From: Deltaproteobacteria bacterium
Lineage (GTDB): Bacteria; Myxococcota; Kuafuiibacteriia; Kuafuiibacteriales; Kuafuiibacteriaceae
Length of the DNA: 64,000 nucleotides
Assembly (NCBI GenBank): GCA_040218735.1
Contig: JAVJQW010000007.1
Location: 32,001 to 96,000 of the forward strand
Direction: 5' to 3'
The position numbers were made by a program, and so were the translations under genes. Each line of letters begins with the position of its first letter. Within the stretch, counting starts at the first letter, position 1. This document shows, one piece after another, positions 37,105 to 47,104 of the stretch. The notes beneath the pieces are model-generated. The model worked only from the letters and a program-made list of their open reading frames with translations. It did no database searches and was not told the DNA's origin.

Positions 37105-39090
37105 TCAGAGCTCGAGATCACGCCGAGCCACTTCGAGCACCCGACGTCCGGTGACGTCGGCGGACCGAGCCGCCGCCGGGGCGATCGTGTGTAGCGCTTC
37201 GTAGGCGGCCGCCGCTACGGCATCGTTCGGATCCGCGAGCGCGTTAGACAGCGCCGGGACGGCTCGAGGTGCAGCGAGTCGTCCGAGCGACCGACACGCC
37301 TCCCAGCGGACCAGGGGGACCTCGTCGTCGGCCGCGACGACGAGGGGCTGGAGCGCCGCCTCGTCCGCCGAGTCGCCGAGCGCGAACACGGCGCCGCCGC
37401 GGACGTGGGCGTCGTCGTGAAGGCTCCACGCGCCGAGCAGATCGATCGCCCAGGGGCTCGCGTTCGCGAGTTGGCGCAGCGCCCCGTCCCGGCTTCGAAG
37501 CTCCAACGCGGCGAGCCAGTTCAACGTGACACGTTCGGCGATCGGATCCGCGAAGGTCACGAGCGCGCGCGCGAGTCGCGTCGACGCATCGAGGACGAAG
37601 GGGTCGGTCCCCTCGTCCGCGCGGGTGTGTTTCAGCCACTGCCCGAGCTCCACCGGATCCGTGGCGTGGCCCCAACGCGTCAACACGTGCAGGAACATGG
37701 CGCCCGTCGCAGCGGCGAGCTTTCGGCTCGAAGGGGGACGCTGGACCAGCTCCTTGCGGAGGTCTTCGACGATGGTCACGAGCAGTGGCGCCGCCGAGGG
37801 CGCGTCGAGCTTCGTGATCGCCAAGGCGGCGGCCCCCGAGAGTGAACGCGGATCGATGTGGGTGACCAGGCCCCGTTCCAGTCGGCCGAAGTGCGAGGCC
37901 AGACCGCGTTCGAACGCCTCGATCAGGGGGACGGCGATATTCGACGCGCCCAGCTTGCCCAGCCCCTCCGCCGCGGCGGCCGCGACCTCCACGCTCGGAT
38001 CCACGAGCGCCCGAGTCAGCGCCGTGATGCTTCCCTTCGCCTGGACGTTTCCGAGCAGCGTCGCGGCATTCCTACGCACGTCTTCGTCCTCGGAGGTCAG
38101 GAGGGGGACCGCGGCGTCGGCTGCTTCCTCGGACGGCCACCCTGCGAAGGCCTCCGCGATGTTCTGTCGCCTCGAACCGAACGGAAGACCCGGCGAGACG
38201 AGGGCATCGACGAGCGCGCGCGCCGCCTGCGGCGTGCCGATCCGACGCAGCCCGGTCACGAGCCGCTCGTAGCGCAACATCCCGGTCCGACGACCGAGCA
38301 GGTGGACGAGCGACGGGAGCGCCGCTTCGGGAGGGGCGTCGCAGACGGCGTCGATCGCCGCCGTGGGGATCGCGTCGTCGTGCTCCAGCGCGCGTTCGAG
38401 GTGCGGGAGCACGAGCTGCGCACCTTCCGATCCGAGCCATGCCCACGCTCGGGCGTCGACGTTCGCCATCCCGTCGGAGCCGGACCCCAGGGCGTCCCGT
38501 AGGATGGCAAGGCGCTCTTCGTGCCAAGCGGGCCGGTGGCGGTTCGATACCTCGATCGTGCGGTGCGGCTCCTCCACGAGCCTCGGCGGCTCGAATGCCC
38601 CCGGCCGTTCGACGGAATAGAGCCCCCGGGCATGACACTCCACGAGTGCCGCGAGGAACGATTCGAGGTCGCTCATCACGCACTCCGGTGGCTCGGGCCC
38701 CGTGGTCAGGAGGATCTGGCCGCGGCGCTCGCTCTCCCCGCAATCGAGCGAGTACTCGATGTCGTAGTTCCCGAAGAGCGGAAACAGCGTGTCGGGCCGT
38801 GCCGTCGAATCCTCCCCGTAGTCGCGTAGCCAGCGTCGACGGCGCCGAAGGGCGGTGCCTATGGAGAACGGTGTGCCCCTCGGAAAGACCTCTCCGTCCA
38901 AGGTGCCGGGACACCCATCCTGCGCGGTGAACCAAGTGATCAAGTTGGGTGGTGCGTGGAACGGGAGCCCTCCCAGCGCGACCTCGACGTCCGCACGCCG
39001 CAAGCCGGCTTGCCAAGTCGCAGCCGCGCTCCATTCGAGGCGATGAAGGTACCAGCGAAGCTCGGAGACCAACGCGGCGATGCGGTCCAC
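37105..39090 (-). CDS. SMI1/KNR4 (SUKH)-like N-terminal domain + HEAT/PBS-lyase repeats
   Basis: GL....VE..LG...P...WF...DG...FPLF...YSLDC...GQI...LESFL. Repeated D..VR..AA..LG units follow. Confidence 0.75.
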   Translation of the reverse strand: MDRIAALVSELRWYLHRLEWSAAATWQAGLRRADVEVALGGLPFHAPPNLITWFTAQDGCPGTLDGEVFPRGTPFSIGTALRRRRRWLRDYGEDSTARPDTLFPLFGNYDIEYSLDCGESERRGQILLTTGPEPPECVMSDLESFLAALVECHARGLYSVERPGAFEPPRLVEEPHRTIEVSNRHRPAWHEERLAILRDALGSGSDGMANVDARAWAWLGSEGAQLVLPHLERALEHDDAIPTAAIDAVCDAPPEAALPSLVHLLGRRTGMLRYERLVTGLRRIGTPQAARALVDALVSPGLPFGSRRQNIAEAFAGWPSEEAADAAVPLLTSEDEDVRRNAATLLGNVQAKGSITALTRALVDPSVEVAAAAAEGLGKLGASNIAVPLIEAFERGLASHFGRLERGLVTHIDPRSLSGAAALAITKLDAPSAAPLLVTIVEDLRKELVQRPPSSRKLAAATGAMFLHVLTRWGHATDPVELGQWLKHTRADEGTDPFVLDASTRLARALVTFADPIAERVTLNWLAALELRSRDGALRQLANASPWAIDLLGAWSLHDDAHVRGGAVFALGDSADEAALQPLVVAADDEVPLVRWEACRSLGRLAAPRAVPALSNALADPNDAVAAAAYEALHTIAPAAARSADVTGRRVLEVARRDLEL

Positions 39091-39254
39091 GGTCTCGCGA
39101 CGTTATCACGAGCCCAAGATGAAAAGGTGGGCGGCCGATCCGCTTGCGCCCACCCCTGAGCTCGCACGGATCGACCGCCCTGGTCACCACGGTTCCCGGG
39201 CGGCGGCGTCGGGGCCGCCCGAGAGGGTTTGGGATTCGGACTCGGGTCTATGGG

Positions 39255-39908
39255 TTAACGGAGTCGACGCATGAGATTGCTGACGGAACCGACCCAGTGT
39301 CGGTTGAGTTTGCCAGGGTCGTTGCGGGCACCGACCGGTGCGTACTTCGGACCAATCTGCGCGGGGGTCTTCAGACCCTTGTCGATGTAGTTGCGCTTCA
39401 GGTTGCGCGCCATCGCGTCGATGCCCTTCTCGAGCGTCGAGAAACGTTGCAGCGTCTGCCACTTCGTGCGCGGGTTCATCAACCCACCCGGGTTGTTCTT
39501 GTTGCGCACCGCCTTCGACGTGCCGTTGCCGGTCTCGTGCATCGCGATCGCGGTGAGGAGCGCGGGGTCCAGGCCGTGTTTCTTCGCCGCGTCGACGAAC
39601 GCCTGACCCTTGCCTTTGAACTTACCGCCGAGGTGTTGGTTCAGCTTCGCCGCGGTCGTGCCCGAGGACGTCTTCGTGAGCAGCCCGAGGTCACGTCCAC
39701 GGACGAGCCCCGACAGCCCCGACCACAGCCCCGCCGTCTGGATGAGCGGCGCACCGTTCGCGGCGGCGAACGCGCCGGCGCGGGTGGACATCAAGTCCGA
39801 GGCGTCGGGCGTCGCGAGCGATCGGGCGGTCGTGTCGCGGCCGGGCTCCACGGCGGTTGTGAGGGGGCGTCGGTCGACGAGGCGGGGTTCGGTTCGGCTG
39901 ACGAGCAT
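39255..39908 (-). CDS. Glucosaminidase (GH73/lysozyme-like) domain protein with disordered N-terminus
   Basis: AGGAGG RBS before ATG 39908. AAKKHGLDPALLTAIAMHETGNG (catalytic Glu), NNPGG, YAP...ND...W. Confidence 0.85.
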   Translation of the reverse strand: MLVSRTEPRLVDRRPLTTAVEPGRDTTARSLATPDASDLMSTRAGAFAAANGAPLIQTAGLWSGLSGLVRGRDLGLLTKTSSGTTAAKLNQHLGGKFKGKGQAFVDAAKKHGLDPALLTAIAMHETGNGTSKAVRNKNNPGGLMNPRTKWQTLQRFSTLEKGIDAMARNLKRNYIDKGLKTPAQIGPKYAPVGARNDPGKLNRHWVGSVSNLMRRLR

Positions 39909-40088
39909 CAAGGTCCTCCTGGACGGTTCTGTGCGGTTGGACACGTCGGCCCCGCGGACCGGCAATTCGGACCCGCCCGTTTGTGTCGCCCGCCGCCGAC
40001 CGGTGGTCACTGACGAGCGGTCCAGACGGGGTGGAAAGGCCACAGGCCGTGGGCGCCCAATGCGCTTCAGCCAGGAAGGCGAACCACG

Positions 40089-40601
40089 ATGCGAGATGCA
40101 TTCAAACGCTACGGACCCCTCGTCTACCGCCGAGCGCTCACGCTCCTTCAAGACCCGCGCGAAGCGGAGGACGCGACGCAGGAGGTCTTCATCCGCGCGA
40201 TGAAGAACGAAGCGCAGTTCCGGAACGACGCGCTCGTATCCACGTGGCTGTACCGCGTGACGACCAACTACTGCCTGAACCTCATGCGCAACCGGAAGAA
40301 CCGGCGGCGCATCCTCGAGGAGCAGGTCCGCCCCGCGCAGGAGCTGTCGACGGGTCCCGAGACCAGCACCGTCGTCATGGTGCGACGCCTCCTCGCGCGC
40401 GCCGACCAACGCCAGGCGCGCGCCGCGGTCTACGTGTACATCGACGGGCTCTCGCGCGAGGAGACGGCCGAACTGCTCGACTGTTCCGTCCGCACCGTCG
40501 GCAACTTGCTCGACCGATTCAACCGTTGGGCCAGGAACGAGATCGAAGCCGAGGCAGAAAAGCCACAGCCGTGTGCCGAAATGCAGGTGTCACGTGTCTA
40601 A
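40089..40601 (+). CDS. ECF RNA polymerase sigma factor
   Basis: Region 2 EAEDATQEVF...TWLYRVTTNYCLN; region 4 DGLSREETAELLDCSVRTV. Confidence 0.93.
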   Translation: MRDAFKRYGPLVYRRALTLLQDPREAEDATQEVFIRAMKNEAQFRNDALVSTWLYRVTTNYCLNLMRNRKNRRRILEEQVRPAQELSTGPETSTVVMVRRLLARADQRQARAAVYVYIDGLSREETAELLDCSVRTVGNLLDRFNRWARNEIEAEAEKPQPCAEMQVSRV

Positions 40602-41352
40602 GCCGACCGAAGCCATGTTCGAGACCGTCCCGACCCCGACGCCCTCCTGCCCGTCCGAGCTGTTGCTCGACCGATGGCACCTCGGCGAGCTCGAACCCTC
40701 CCGCGCCGCGACCGTCGAAGCGCACCTCGCCGGCTGCCCCGACTGCAGCGAACGACGCGACGCCCGCGACGCCGGATTCGCCGCGCTCCCGGTCGACGCC
40801 GATCGGCTCTTCGCGAAGATCGAAGCCGCCGGCCCGCGCCGTCCGGTCCGCGACTTCTTCGACCGCCTGCGCGACTGGCGCATCCCGGCGCTGGTCGTGG
40901 CGACCGCCGCGGCGGTGTTCGTCCTCGCGCCGCGGGAGCAGGGCATCCGAACCAAGGGCGGCGACGTCGGCTTCCGCGTCTTCCGCGAGCACGCCGGACA
41001 GGTGGAGGAGAAGGTCAGCGGCGCGGCGTTCGCGGCGCGCGATCGGTTGCGGTTCGACGTGAAGGCGTCCGAGGGATCGCAGATCATGATCCTCGGCGTC
41101 GAAGAGTCGGGCGAGGTCTACACGTACTACCCCGCCGGTCTCGATCGCTCCGACCGCGTCCGGCGCACGTCCGACGGCGCGCTGTCCGGCGCCATCGAGC
41201 TCGACGACTACGACGGACGCGAGTGGCTCCACCTCGTCCGCTGCGACGACGCCTTCGCACGTGCCGACCTCATCACGGGGCCGGGGCCGAAGGGTGTCGA
41301 AGCGCCCGCGGGTTGTGACGTTCGAGCGTTCGAGATCCAACGGCAAAGATGA
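40594..41352 (+). CDS. Zinc-binding anti-sigma factor (zf-HC2, TM, DUF4384/ActD-like periplasmic domain)
   Basis: HLAGCPDC motif, TM helix, then IRTKGG and a beta-rich domain (DRLRF, LSGAIELDD). Confidence 0.85.
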   Translation: MSKPTEAMFETVPTPTPSCPSELLLDRWHLGELEPSRAATVEAHLAGCPDCSERRDARDAGFAALPVDADRLFAKIEAAGPRRPVRDFFDRLRDWRIPALVVATAAAVFVLAPREQGIRTKGGDVGFRVFREHAGQVEEKVSGAAFAARDRLRFDVKASEGSQIMILGVEESGEVYTYYPAGLDRSDRVRRTSDGALSGAIELDDYDGREWLHLVRCDDAFARADLITGPGPKGVEAPAGCDVRAFEIQRQR

Positions 41353-42914
41353 TGCGTTTCGCCTGTGTCGTCGTCCTCGCGTTGATCGCGTCGTCGGCCG
41401 AGGCCGCCGAGCAGCGCTTCGCCGTCGTCATCGGCAACAACCGCGGCGCGAAGACCGAGCGCCCCCTGCGGTACGCGGAGCGCGACGCCAACACCTTCGC
41501 GCACGTGCTCCGGCGGCACGGCGACTGGGCCGCCGAGAACACCGTCGTGCTGCTCGGGGAGTCGGAGCGATCCATCCGGCGTGCGCTCCTCGAGGTGAAC
41601 GCGCGCATCCGCGAAGAGCGCGCGCACACGACGCTCGTCGTCTACTACTCGGGGCACGCGTCCGAGGAAGGTCTGCACCTCGGCGATCGCACGATGAGCT
41701 ACCGCGAGCTGCGCGCGATCATGCGCGGCTCCGCAGCGACGGTGCGGCTCCTCGTCCTCGATGCGTGTCGCTCCGGCGGCCTCACCAACGTGAAGGGCGC
41801 GCGCCCCGCGCAGCAGTTCGACATCCGCACCGCACGCGCGCCGGACGTCGAAGGCATGGTGATGATCTCGTCGAGCGCGGCGGGTGAGGACAGCCACGAG
41901 TCGGACCGCCTCGGCGCGAGCTTCTTCTCGCACCACTTCACGAACGCGCTCCTCGGCGCGGGCGACGAAGACGGTGACGCGCGCATCACGCTGAACGAGG
42001 CGTACAACTACGCGTACCGGAACACGCTGCGCGCGAGCGGCCACGCGACTTCGCTGCAGCACCCGACCTACGCCTACGACCTCAAGGGTCGCGGTGACCT
42101 CGTGATGACGCGCCTCGACCGCGCCAAGAACGACGCGAGCGCGCTCGAGCTCGCGGAGCCGGGCCTCTACCTCGTGCTCGACGACGCGGCGCGCGGGGAC
42201 GTCGTGGCCGAGGTGCGCTCGTCACGTGAAGCGACGCGCCTCGTGCTGCCGAGCTCGCGGTACCTCGTGCAGCGTCGCGACGAGGACCACTACCGTGAGT
42301 ACGAGGTCGACCTCGCGCCGGGGGAGACGGTCGCGTTGAAACGGCTCGCCTCGCGCCGGGTGAGTTACGCGCGGCTGGTTCGCAAGGGCTCCGAGCTGCG
42401 GTCCGCGGCGCACGCGGTCTATCTGCTCGGCGGTGGGCGCGGCGCGGTGCTCGCGGACATGGGGCCGGGGATGTCAGGGGCGTTCGAGTATGGGCTGAGC
42501 CTGGAGCTGATCAGCGTCGGGCTGCGGCTTCGGTACGGGCGCGGTCCCTCCGCGGCGCAGACGCCGACGGCGTCGGTGGTGCACGAGGAGCTCGCGTTCG
42601 GCGCGACGGCTTCGCACTTCTTCGACCTGCCGATGGTGAGCCTCGGCGTGGGGCTGCTCGTTGAGACGATCCATCACCAGCAGCGGATCAGCTCCGTGGT
42701 GGGGACGGACGAGCGGGCGGCGTGGGGCTTCGCGCTCGGCGCGTTGTTCACGGCGGAAGCGCCGATCTACGGGCCGCTCGTCGCGCGGGTCGAGGGCGGC
42801 CCGATCACTTACGTCTTCGATCGCACCGTCGTGGAGGCGGGGCGCGACCGCGGGCGCGAGACGACGACGCCGCTGACGGGGTTCGTGAACGTCGGCGTGG
42901 GGGTGCAGTTTTGA
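41349..42914 (+). CDS. Exported caspase-family (C14) protease with C-terminal beta-barrel-like domain
   Basis: Signal peptide, RFAVVIGNN, LRYAERDA, YYSGH (His), LDACRSG (Cys), SFFSHH, QHP. Amphipathic strands end in VGVGVQF. Confidence 0.9.
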   Translation: MMRFACVVVLALIASSAEAAEQRFAVVIGNNRGAKTERPLRYAERDANTFAHVLRRHGDWAAENTVVLLGESERSIRRALLEVNARIREERAHTTLVVYYSGHASEEGLHLGDRTMSYRELRAIMRGSAATVRLLVLDACRSGGLTNVKGARPAQQFDIRTARAPDVEGMVMISSSAAGEDSHESDRLGASFFSHHFTNALLGAGDEDGDARITLNEAYNYAYRNTLRASGHATSLQHPTYAYDLKGRGDLVMTRLDRAKNDASALELAEPGLYLVLDDAARGDVVAEVRSSREATRLVLPSSRYLVQRRDEDHYREYEVDLAPGETVALKRLASRRVSYARLVRKGSELRSAAHAVYLLGGGRGAVLADMGPGMSGAFEYGLSLELISVGLRLRYGRGPSAAQTPTASVVHEELAFGATASHFFDLPMVSLGVGLLVETIHHQQRISSVVGTDERAAWGFALGALFTAEAPIYGPLVARVEGGPITYVFDRTVVEAGRDRGRETTTPLTGFVNVGVGVQF

Positions 42915-43780
42915 AGCGCCTCGTCGTCGCGTTGTTGTGCGCCGGCTGTGGCGATGCGTTGGTCGTCGCCGACTACCAGGGTGAGCCGTTGCTCTCCGTC
43001 TCGGGGCGCATCGCGGACTTCCGTCACGCCAACGCGGACGAGGTGCTGCGGGCGTCGGTGTTCTGGTGGCAGGACGACCAACCGCAGCCGGACGTGTTGC
43101 AGCTCGTCGAGCACGAGGGGGTCGCGACGAAGGTGACGTTCCCGGCGACCTTCGAGGTCAACGTGTTCACGCCGCCGCCGCTCGAGCGACTCGACGCGAC
43201 GCGCCCGTTCCAGATCGGCACCGTGCTCGTGTACGCCGACGAGGATCAGGACGAGCACCTCTCCGAGGGGGAGCTCCGCGGCGGCGCGATGATGTTTGCG
43301 ATCGTGTTCGCGGCCGATCCGATCCCGGTCGAGCGATCGCCCTCCGGCGAGCGGCTCCCGGCGGGGTACTCGCTGGTGCGGCTGCCGCTGCCGTGTGGGC
43401 TCGAGCTGAAGGTCGAGACCTCGGGCGAGACTTGCGGCGTGCCGCTCGGTGCCGCCTGTACCGACGACCAGGACTGCGGAACGGGGTGGTGCGTGCAGGA
43501 GGATGACTACGTCACCTACCCCGGCGGCATGTGTGTGTTGGACTGGACGCCGGGCGGGTGCCAACCGAACAGCGCGGTGGTCGACGTGTTGTACTTCGAA
43601 GACGAACGCGTCGAACGCGACGTCTACCTACCGATGTGCGGTGCGCAGTCGGATTGTCGCGAAGGGTACGAGTGCCTGCTCGCGGTGGGGGCCTGCGTGC
43701 CGGAAGAGCCGTTCTTCCTCGACCTCTTCCCGGCCTTCGAACCCATGCCGTTCTGTTTGGCCGACTTCGAAGGTTGGTGA
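42911..43780 (+). CDS. Lipoprotein with Cys-rich C-terminal part
   Basis: TTG start overlapping the caspase stop. Lipobox CAGC, DYQGEPL motif, G.AC..D.DC..G.C repeats. Confidence 0.75.
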   Translation: MKRLVVALLCAGCGDALVVADYQGEPLLSVSGRIADFRHANADEVLRASVFWWQDDQPQPDVLQLVEHEGVATKVTFPATFEVNVFTPPPLERLDATRPFQIGTVLVYADEDQDEHLSEGELRGGAMMFAIVFAADPIPVERSPSGERLPAGYSLVRLPLPCGLELKVETSGETCGVPLGAACTDDQDCGTGWCVQEDDYVTYPGGMCVLDWTPGGCQPNSAVVDVLYFEDERVERDVYLPMCGAQSDCREGYECLLAVGACVPEEPFFLDLFPAFEPMPFCLADFEGW

Positions 43781-43901
43781 CGCGCCACGTCGAGCGCATC
43801 GCCTGCGCGTCACCTGTCACGTGACAGAACGTCTCAGACTGGAAACTTCGTGACGATTCGAGCGTGTGATGGGAATGAACTCGCGCAGGAGTCTCCTACT
43901 G

Positions 43902-46900
43902 ATGCAAAGACGAACACTCGCAACACTACTTTCGACACTTCTCTTCTCGATCTCGGCTTGCAGCAGCGACGAGTGCCCGAGCGGCACGTCGGACTGCAAC
44001 GGAACTTGCGTCGCGCTCTCGAGCGACGTGAACAACTGCGGCGCGTGTGGCAACACGTGCGGCGCGGACGAAGTCTGCGCCTCCGGCACTTGCATGGACA
44101 CGGGCACGACGGGCTGCCCCGTCAACCTGACCGATTGCAGCGGCACGTGCGTCGACACCGACGCGGACGCCGCGAACTGTGGCTCGTGCGGCAACGCGTG
44201 CACCGGCGGACTCGTCTGCGCCGAGGGCACGTGTGAGGTGAGCTGTCCCGCTTCACAAACGGAGTGTAGCGGCGCGTGTTTCGACACGCAGAACACGACC
44301 GAACATTGCGGCGACTGCGGCAACGCTTGCCCGGCCGGCCTCGTCTGCGTCAGCGGCGACTGCGAAGCGACGTGCCCCGCGGCTCAGATGCTCTGCGGAA
44401 CCGCGTGTGTCTCGACCGCGACCGACGAAGACCACTGCGGTGGCTGCGGCGTCGCGTGTGATCCGGGTGAGCTGTGTGTGAACAGCACCTGTGAGATCTC
44501 CTGCGGCGGCGGCTCCGTCGCTTGCAACGGTGCTTGCACCAACACCGACATCGATCGCGAGAACTGCGGTGGCTGTGGCGTCCGCTGCGACGCCGACGAG
44601 CTCTGCGTCGCGGGTAACTGCGAGCTGAACTGCGGCGGCGGCGCCGACTGCGGCGGTGGCACGTGCACGTCGACGCTCACCGACGAGCTGAACTGCGGCG
44701 CTTGTGGCACCACCTGCGGCGCGAACGAGCTCTGCAGCGCGGGCGCCTGCACGCTGACCTGCGCGGGCAACACGCCCGACGAGTGCGCCGGCGTCTGCAC
44801 CAACACACTCGTCGACCCCGCGAACTGCGGCGGTTGCGGCATCGCGTGTGGCAACGGCGAAGTCTGCAGCGCGGGCAACTGCCAGGGCCAGTGCGGCCCC
44901 GGACTCGCGCAGTGCGGCACGACCTGCACCTCGACGCTCACGGATCCCACGAACTGTGGCGCTTGCGGCACCGCGTGCCCGACGCCTGCGGGCGGCACGG
45001 CCGTTTGCTCTGCCGGCGCTTGCTCCGGCATCTGCGCCGCGGGTCAGGCCGACTGCGACGGCGACCTGTCGACGACCGGAACCAACGGCTGCGAGATCGA
45101 TCTCGCGAACGACGCGACGAACTGCGGCACGTGCGGAATCGCGTGCACGTACGCCAACGCCGCGGGCGCCTGTAACAACTTCGTCTGTGAGATCGGGGCG
45201 TGCGCCGCCGGCTTCGACAACTGCGACCTGAACCCGGCCACCGGCTGCGAGGCAGAGCTCGCCGTCGATCCGATGAACTGCAACGCCTGCGGGACCGTGT
45301 GCCCCGCCGGGAACGTCTGCAGCGCGGGCCAGTGTGTCAGCGGCCAGATGACCGGCGAAGACTGCACCGGTCCGCTCGTCCTCTCGGCCGGCGCCGGTAC
45401 GTACGCGTGGGCGGCGTCGAACAACGACTACCTGCAGCTCCGTCCGAGCTGCCAGGCGGTGGCGTACACCGCGGAGGGCCCCGACGTCGTCCTGCAGTAC
45501 ACGCCGACGTTCAACGGCTTCGCCGACATCTCGATCGTGAAGCCCGCCAACAACCGCTACACGATGGTCGTCTCCGACGCGACGTGCGGAACGTTGACGG
45601 AGCTCGCGTGTGTCTCCGACAACACCGCGGCCGAGCTGTTCGCCATGGTCCCGGTCGTCGCGAACACGGACTACTTCGTGTACGTCGTCGACACCGACTC
45701 CGGCGCGACGGTGCTTCCGAACCCGCTGGAGGTCACGGTCAACGAGACCAACTGTGGAACGAACCCGGCGCCGATGGTCACGGCGCTCATGCCCGCGGTG
45801 GGCGCGACGGCGACGGAGCTGAGCCCGGACCTCGTGGTGACCTTCGATCAGCCGATGAACGAGGACATCGGGACGATCACCGTCACGGGCAACATGGGCA
45901 CGAACGTGACGTACGACCTGGCGACGAGCCCGGCGGACGTCGACTTCAACGTTGCCGGAGACACGATCACGATCTCCAACAGTGTGTTCGCGCCGGGTGA
46001 GACCGTCACCGTGACGTGGACCGGTCTCGTCGACACGCTCTGCAGCACGCCGGCCGCTCCCGCGACGCCCGCGTGGACGTTCACCGCGTTCACGCCGCCG
46101 TGCGCGCCTGGGTTCAACGGTATGGTGGGCAGCACGCAGACGCGGTTCGCGACTGGCCTGGGGACCTTCACCGAGTACTACGTCGCGGCGGATGCGGACC
46201 CGAACGGCTGGGTCTACATGGGTGGTCTGGCGAACCTCTACCGGATGTCGAAGGACGGCTTGGTCGTGGAGGACGTCGAGGCGCTCGCCGGACTCGCGGC
46301 CGCGCAGCTCGGCTACACGATGTTGGTGGACGGACAGAACATCTACACCGTCGAGTCGACGACCACCGGGACGACCGGTCGCGTCTGGCGGATCTCCTCC
46401 GACGGCGGTGCGACTTGGGTCGTGGAAGACGCCGCGGGCTTCGCGCCCGCTCCGGCGGACGACTTCCGCGCCATCGATGCGTACGGCGGGATGATCTACG
46501 TGATGACCCACGAAGGTACTTCGTCGGTCCCGACCGAGATCTGGGAGTTCGATCCGAGCACCGTGCCGGCCGTCGCTACGATGGTCGCGTCGTTCGCGGG
46601 TTACGCGAGCTGCGGCGCGCTCGAGACCGACATGAACTACTTCTACGCGACTTGCGGTTCCACCGACGAGATGGTCCGGGTGAACCGTTCGACGGGCGTC
46701 GCCGAGCTGCTGCTCGATGGCACCTACGACTGGTCGAGCACCGCGGGCGCCCTGCACGGGCGTGACATCGACGCGGACGGCGTCGTCGACTACCTCTACT
46801 CGCAGGGGTGGATCGAGGAGGCCTACTTCGTCTGCGGTATCGGCACGTCGAACTTCACGGACATCCTGTTCACCATCAACAACGGCGGCACGAGCCAGTA

Positions 46901-46979
46901 CGGCATGGGCTACGACCCGACCGCGAACGTGCTGTGGATGATGGACGACGGGACCCGCGAGTTCATCCGCATCGAATGA
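43902..46979 (+). CDS. Large surface lipoprotein: ten Cys-rich (N/H)CGxCG repeats + Ig-like domain + probable beta-propeller
   Basis: AGGAG RBS, lipobox ISAC, 10 repeats of (N/H)C(G/N)xCGxxC. P.V....P..GAT...LVVTFDQPM...WTF marks an SbsA-type Ig domain. Confidence 0.88.
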   Translation: MQRRTLATLLSTLLFSISACSSDECPSGTSDCNGTCVALSSDVNNCGACGNTCGADEVCASGTCMDTGTTGCPVNLTDCSGTCVDTDADAANCGSCGNACTGGLVCAEGTCEVSCPASQTECSGACFDTQNTTEHCGDCGNACPAGLVCVSGDCEATCPAAQMLCGTACVSTATDEDHCGGCGVACDPGELCVNSTCEISCGGGSVACNGACTNTDIDRENCGGCGVRCDADELCVAGNCELNCGGGADCGGGTCTSTLTDELNCGACGTTCGANELCSAGACTLTCAGNTPDECAGVCTNTLVDPANCGGCGIACGNGEVCSAGNCQGQCGPGLAQCGTTCTSTLTDPTNCGACGTACPTPAGGTAVCSAGACSGICAAGQADCDGDLSTTGTNGCEIDLANDATNCGTCGIACTYANAAGACNNFVCEIGACAAGFDNCDLNPATGCEAELAVDPMNCNACGTVCPAGNVCSAGQCVSGQMTGEDCTGPLVLSAGAGTYAWAASNNDYLQLRPSCQAVAYTAEGPDVVLQYTPTFNGFADISIVKPANNRYTMVVSDATCGTLTELACVSDNTAAELFAMVPVVANTDYFVYVVDTDSGATVLPNPLEVTVNETNCGTNPAPMVTALMPAVGATATELSPDLVVTFDQPMNEDIGTITVTGNMGTNVTYDLATSPADVDFNVAGDTITISNSVFAPGETVTVTWTGLVDTLCSTPAAPATPAWTFTAFTPPCAPGFNGMVGSTQTRFATGLGTFTEYYVAADADPNGWVYMGGLANLYRMSKDGLVVEDVEALAGLAAAQLGYTMLVDGQNIYTVESTTTGTTGRVWRISSDGGATWVVEDAAGFAPAPADDFRAIDAYGGMIYVMTHEGTSSVPTEIWEFDPSTVPAVATMVASFAGYASCGALETDMNYFYATCGSTDEMVRVNRSTGVAELLLDGTYDWSSTAGALHGRDIDADGVVDYLYSQGWIEEAYFVCGIGTSNFTDILFTINNGGTSQYGMGYDPTANVLWMMDDGTREFIRIE

Positions 46980-46984
46980 CGACC

Positions 46985-47030
46985 TCGACGTCCCGCCCGG
47001 GGCTTCACGAGCTCCGGGCGGGAACGTCGA
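46985..47030 (+). terminator. Strong stem-loop after the Cys-rich gene
   Basis: TCGACG-TCCCGCCCGG-GGCT, loop tcacg, AGCT-CCGGGCGGGA-a-CGTCGA. No U-tract. Confidence 0.55.
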
Positions 47031-47104
47031 TCCCGCCTCCTCTACAGGGACTGAACCCCGCGGCTTGACAGCCGATGGGCGCGTTTGTTCTTCGCGTCCC
47101 ACGG

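Noticed and set aside
40089-42914. CRISPR-associated or antiphage caspase system
   Set aside because: No cas, SAVED, CHAT or gasdermin genes nearby, and the caspase has a signal peptide.
44253-47102. 949-aa minus-strand ORF, and many similar long antisense or off-frame ORFs (e.g. 34319-36679, 22877-24610, 49849-51498, 53047-54540)
   Set aside because: Arg/Ala/Pro-rich shadow frames of real high-GC genes, with no motifs or RBS.
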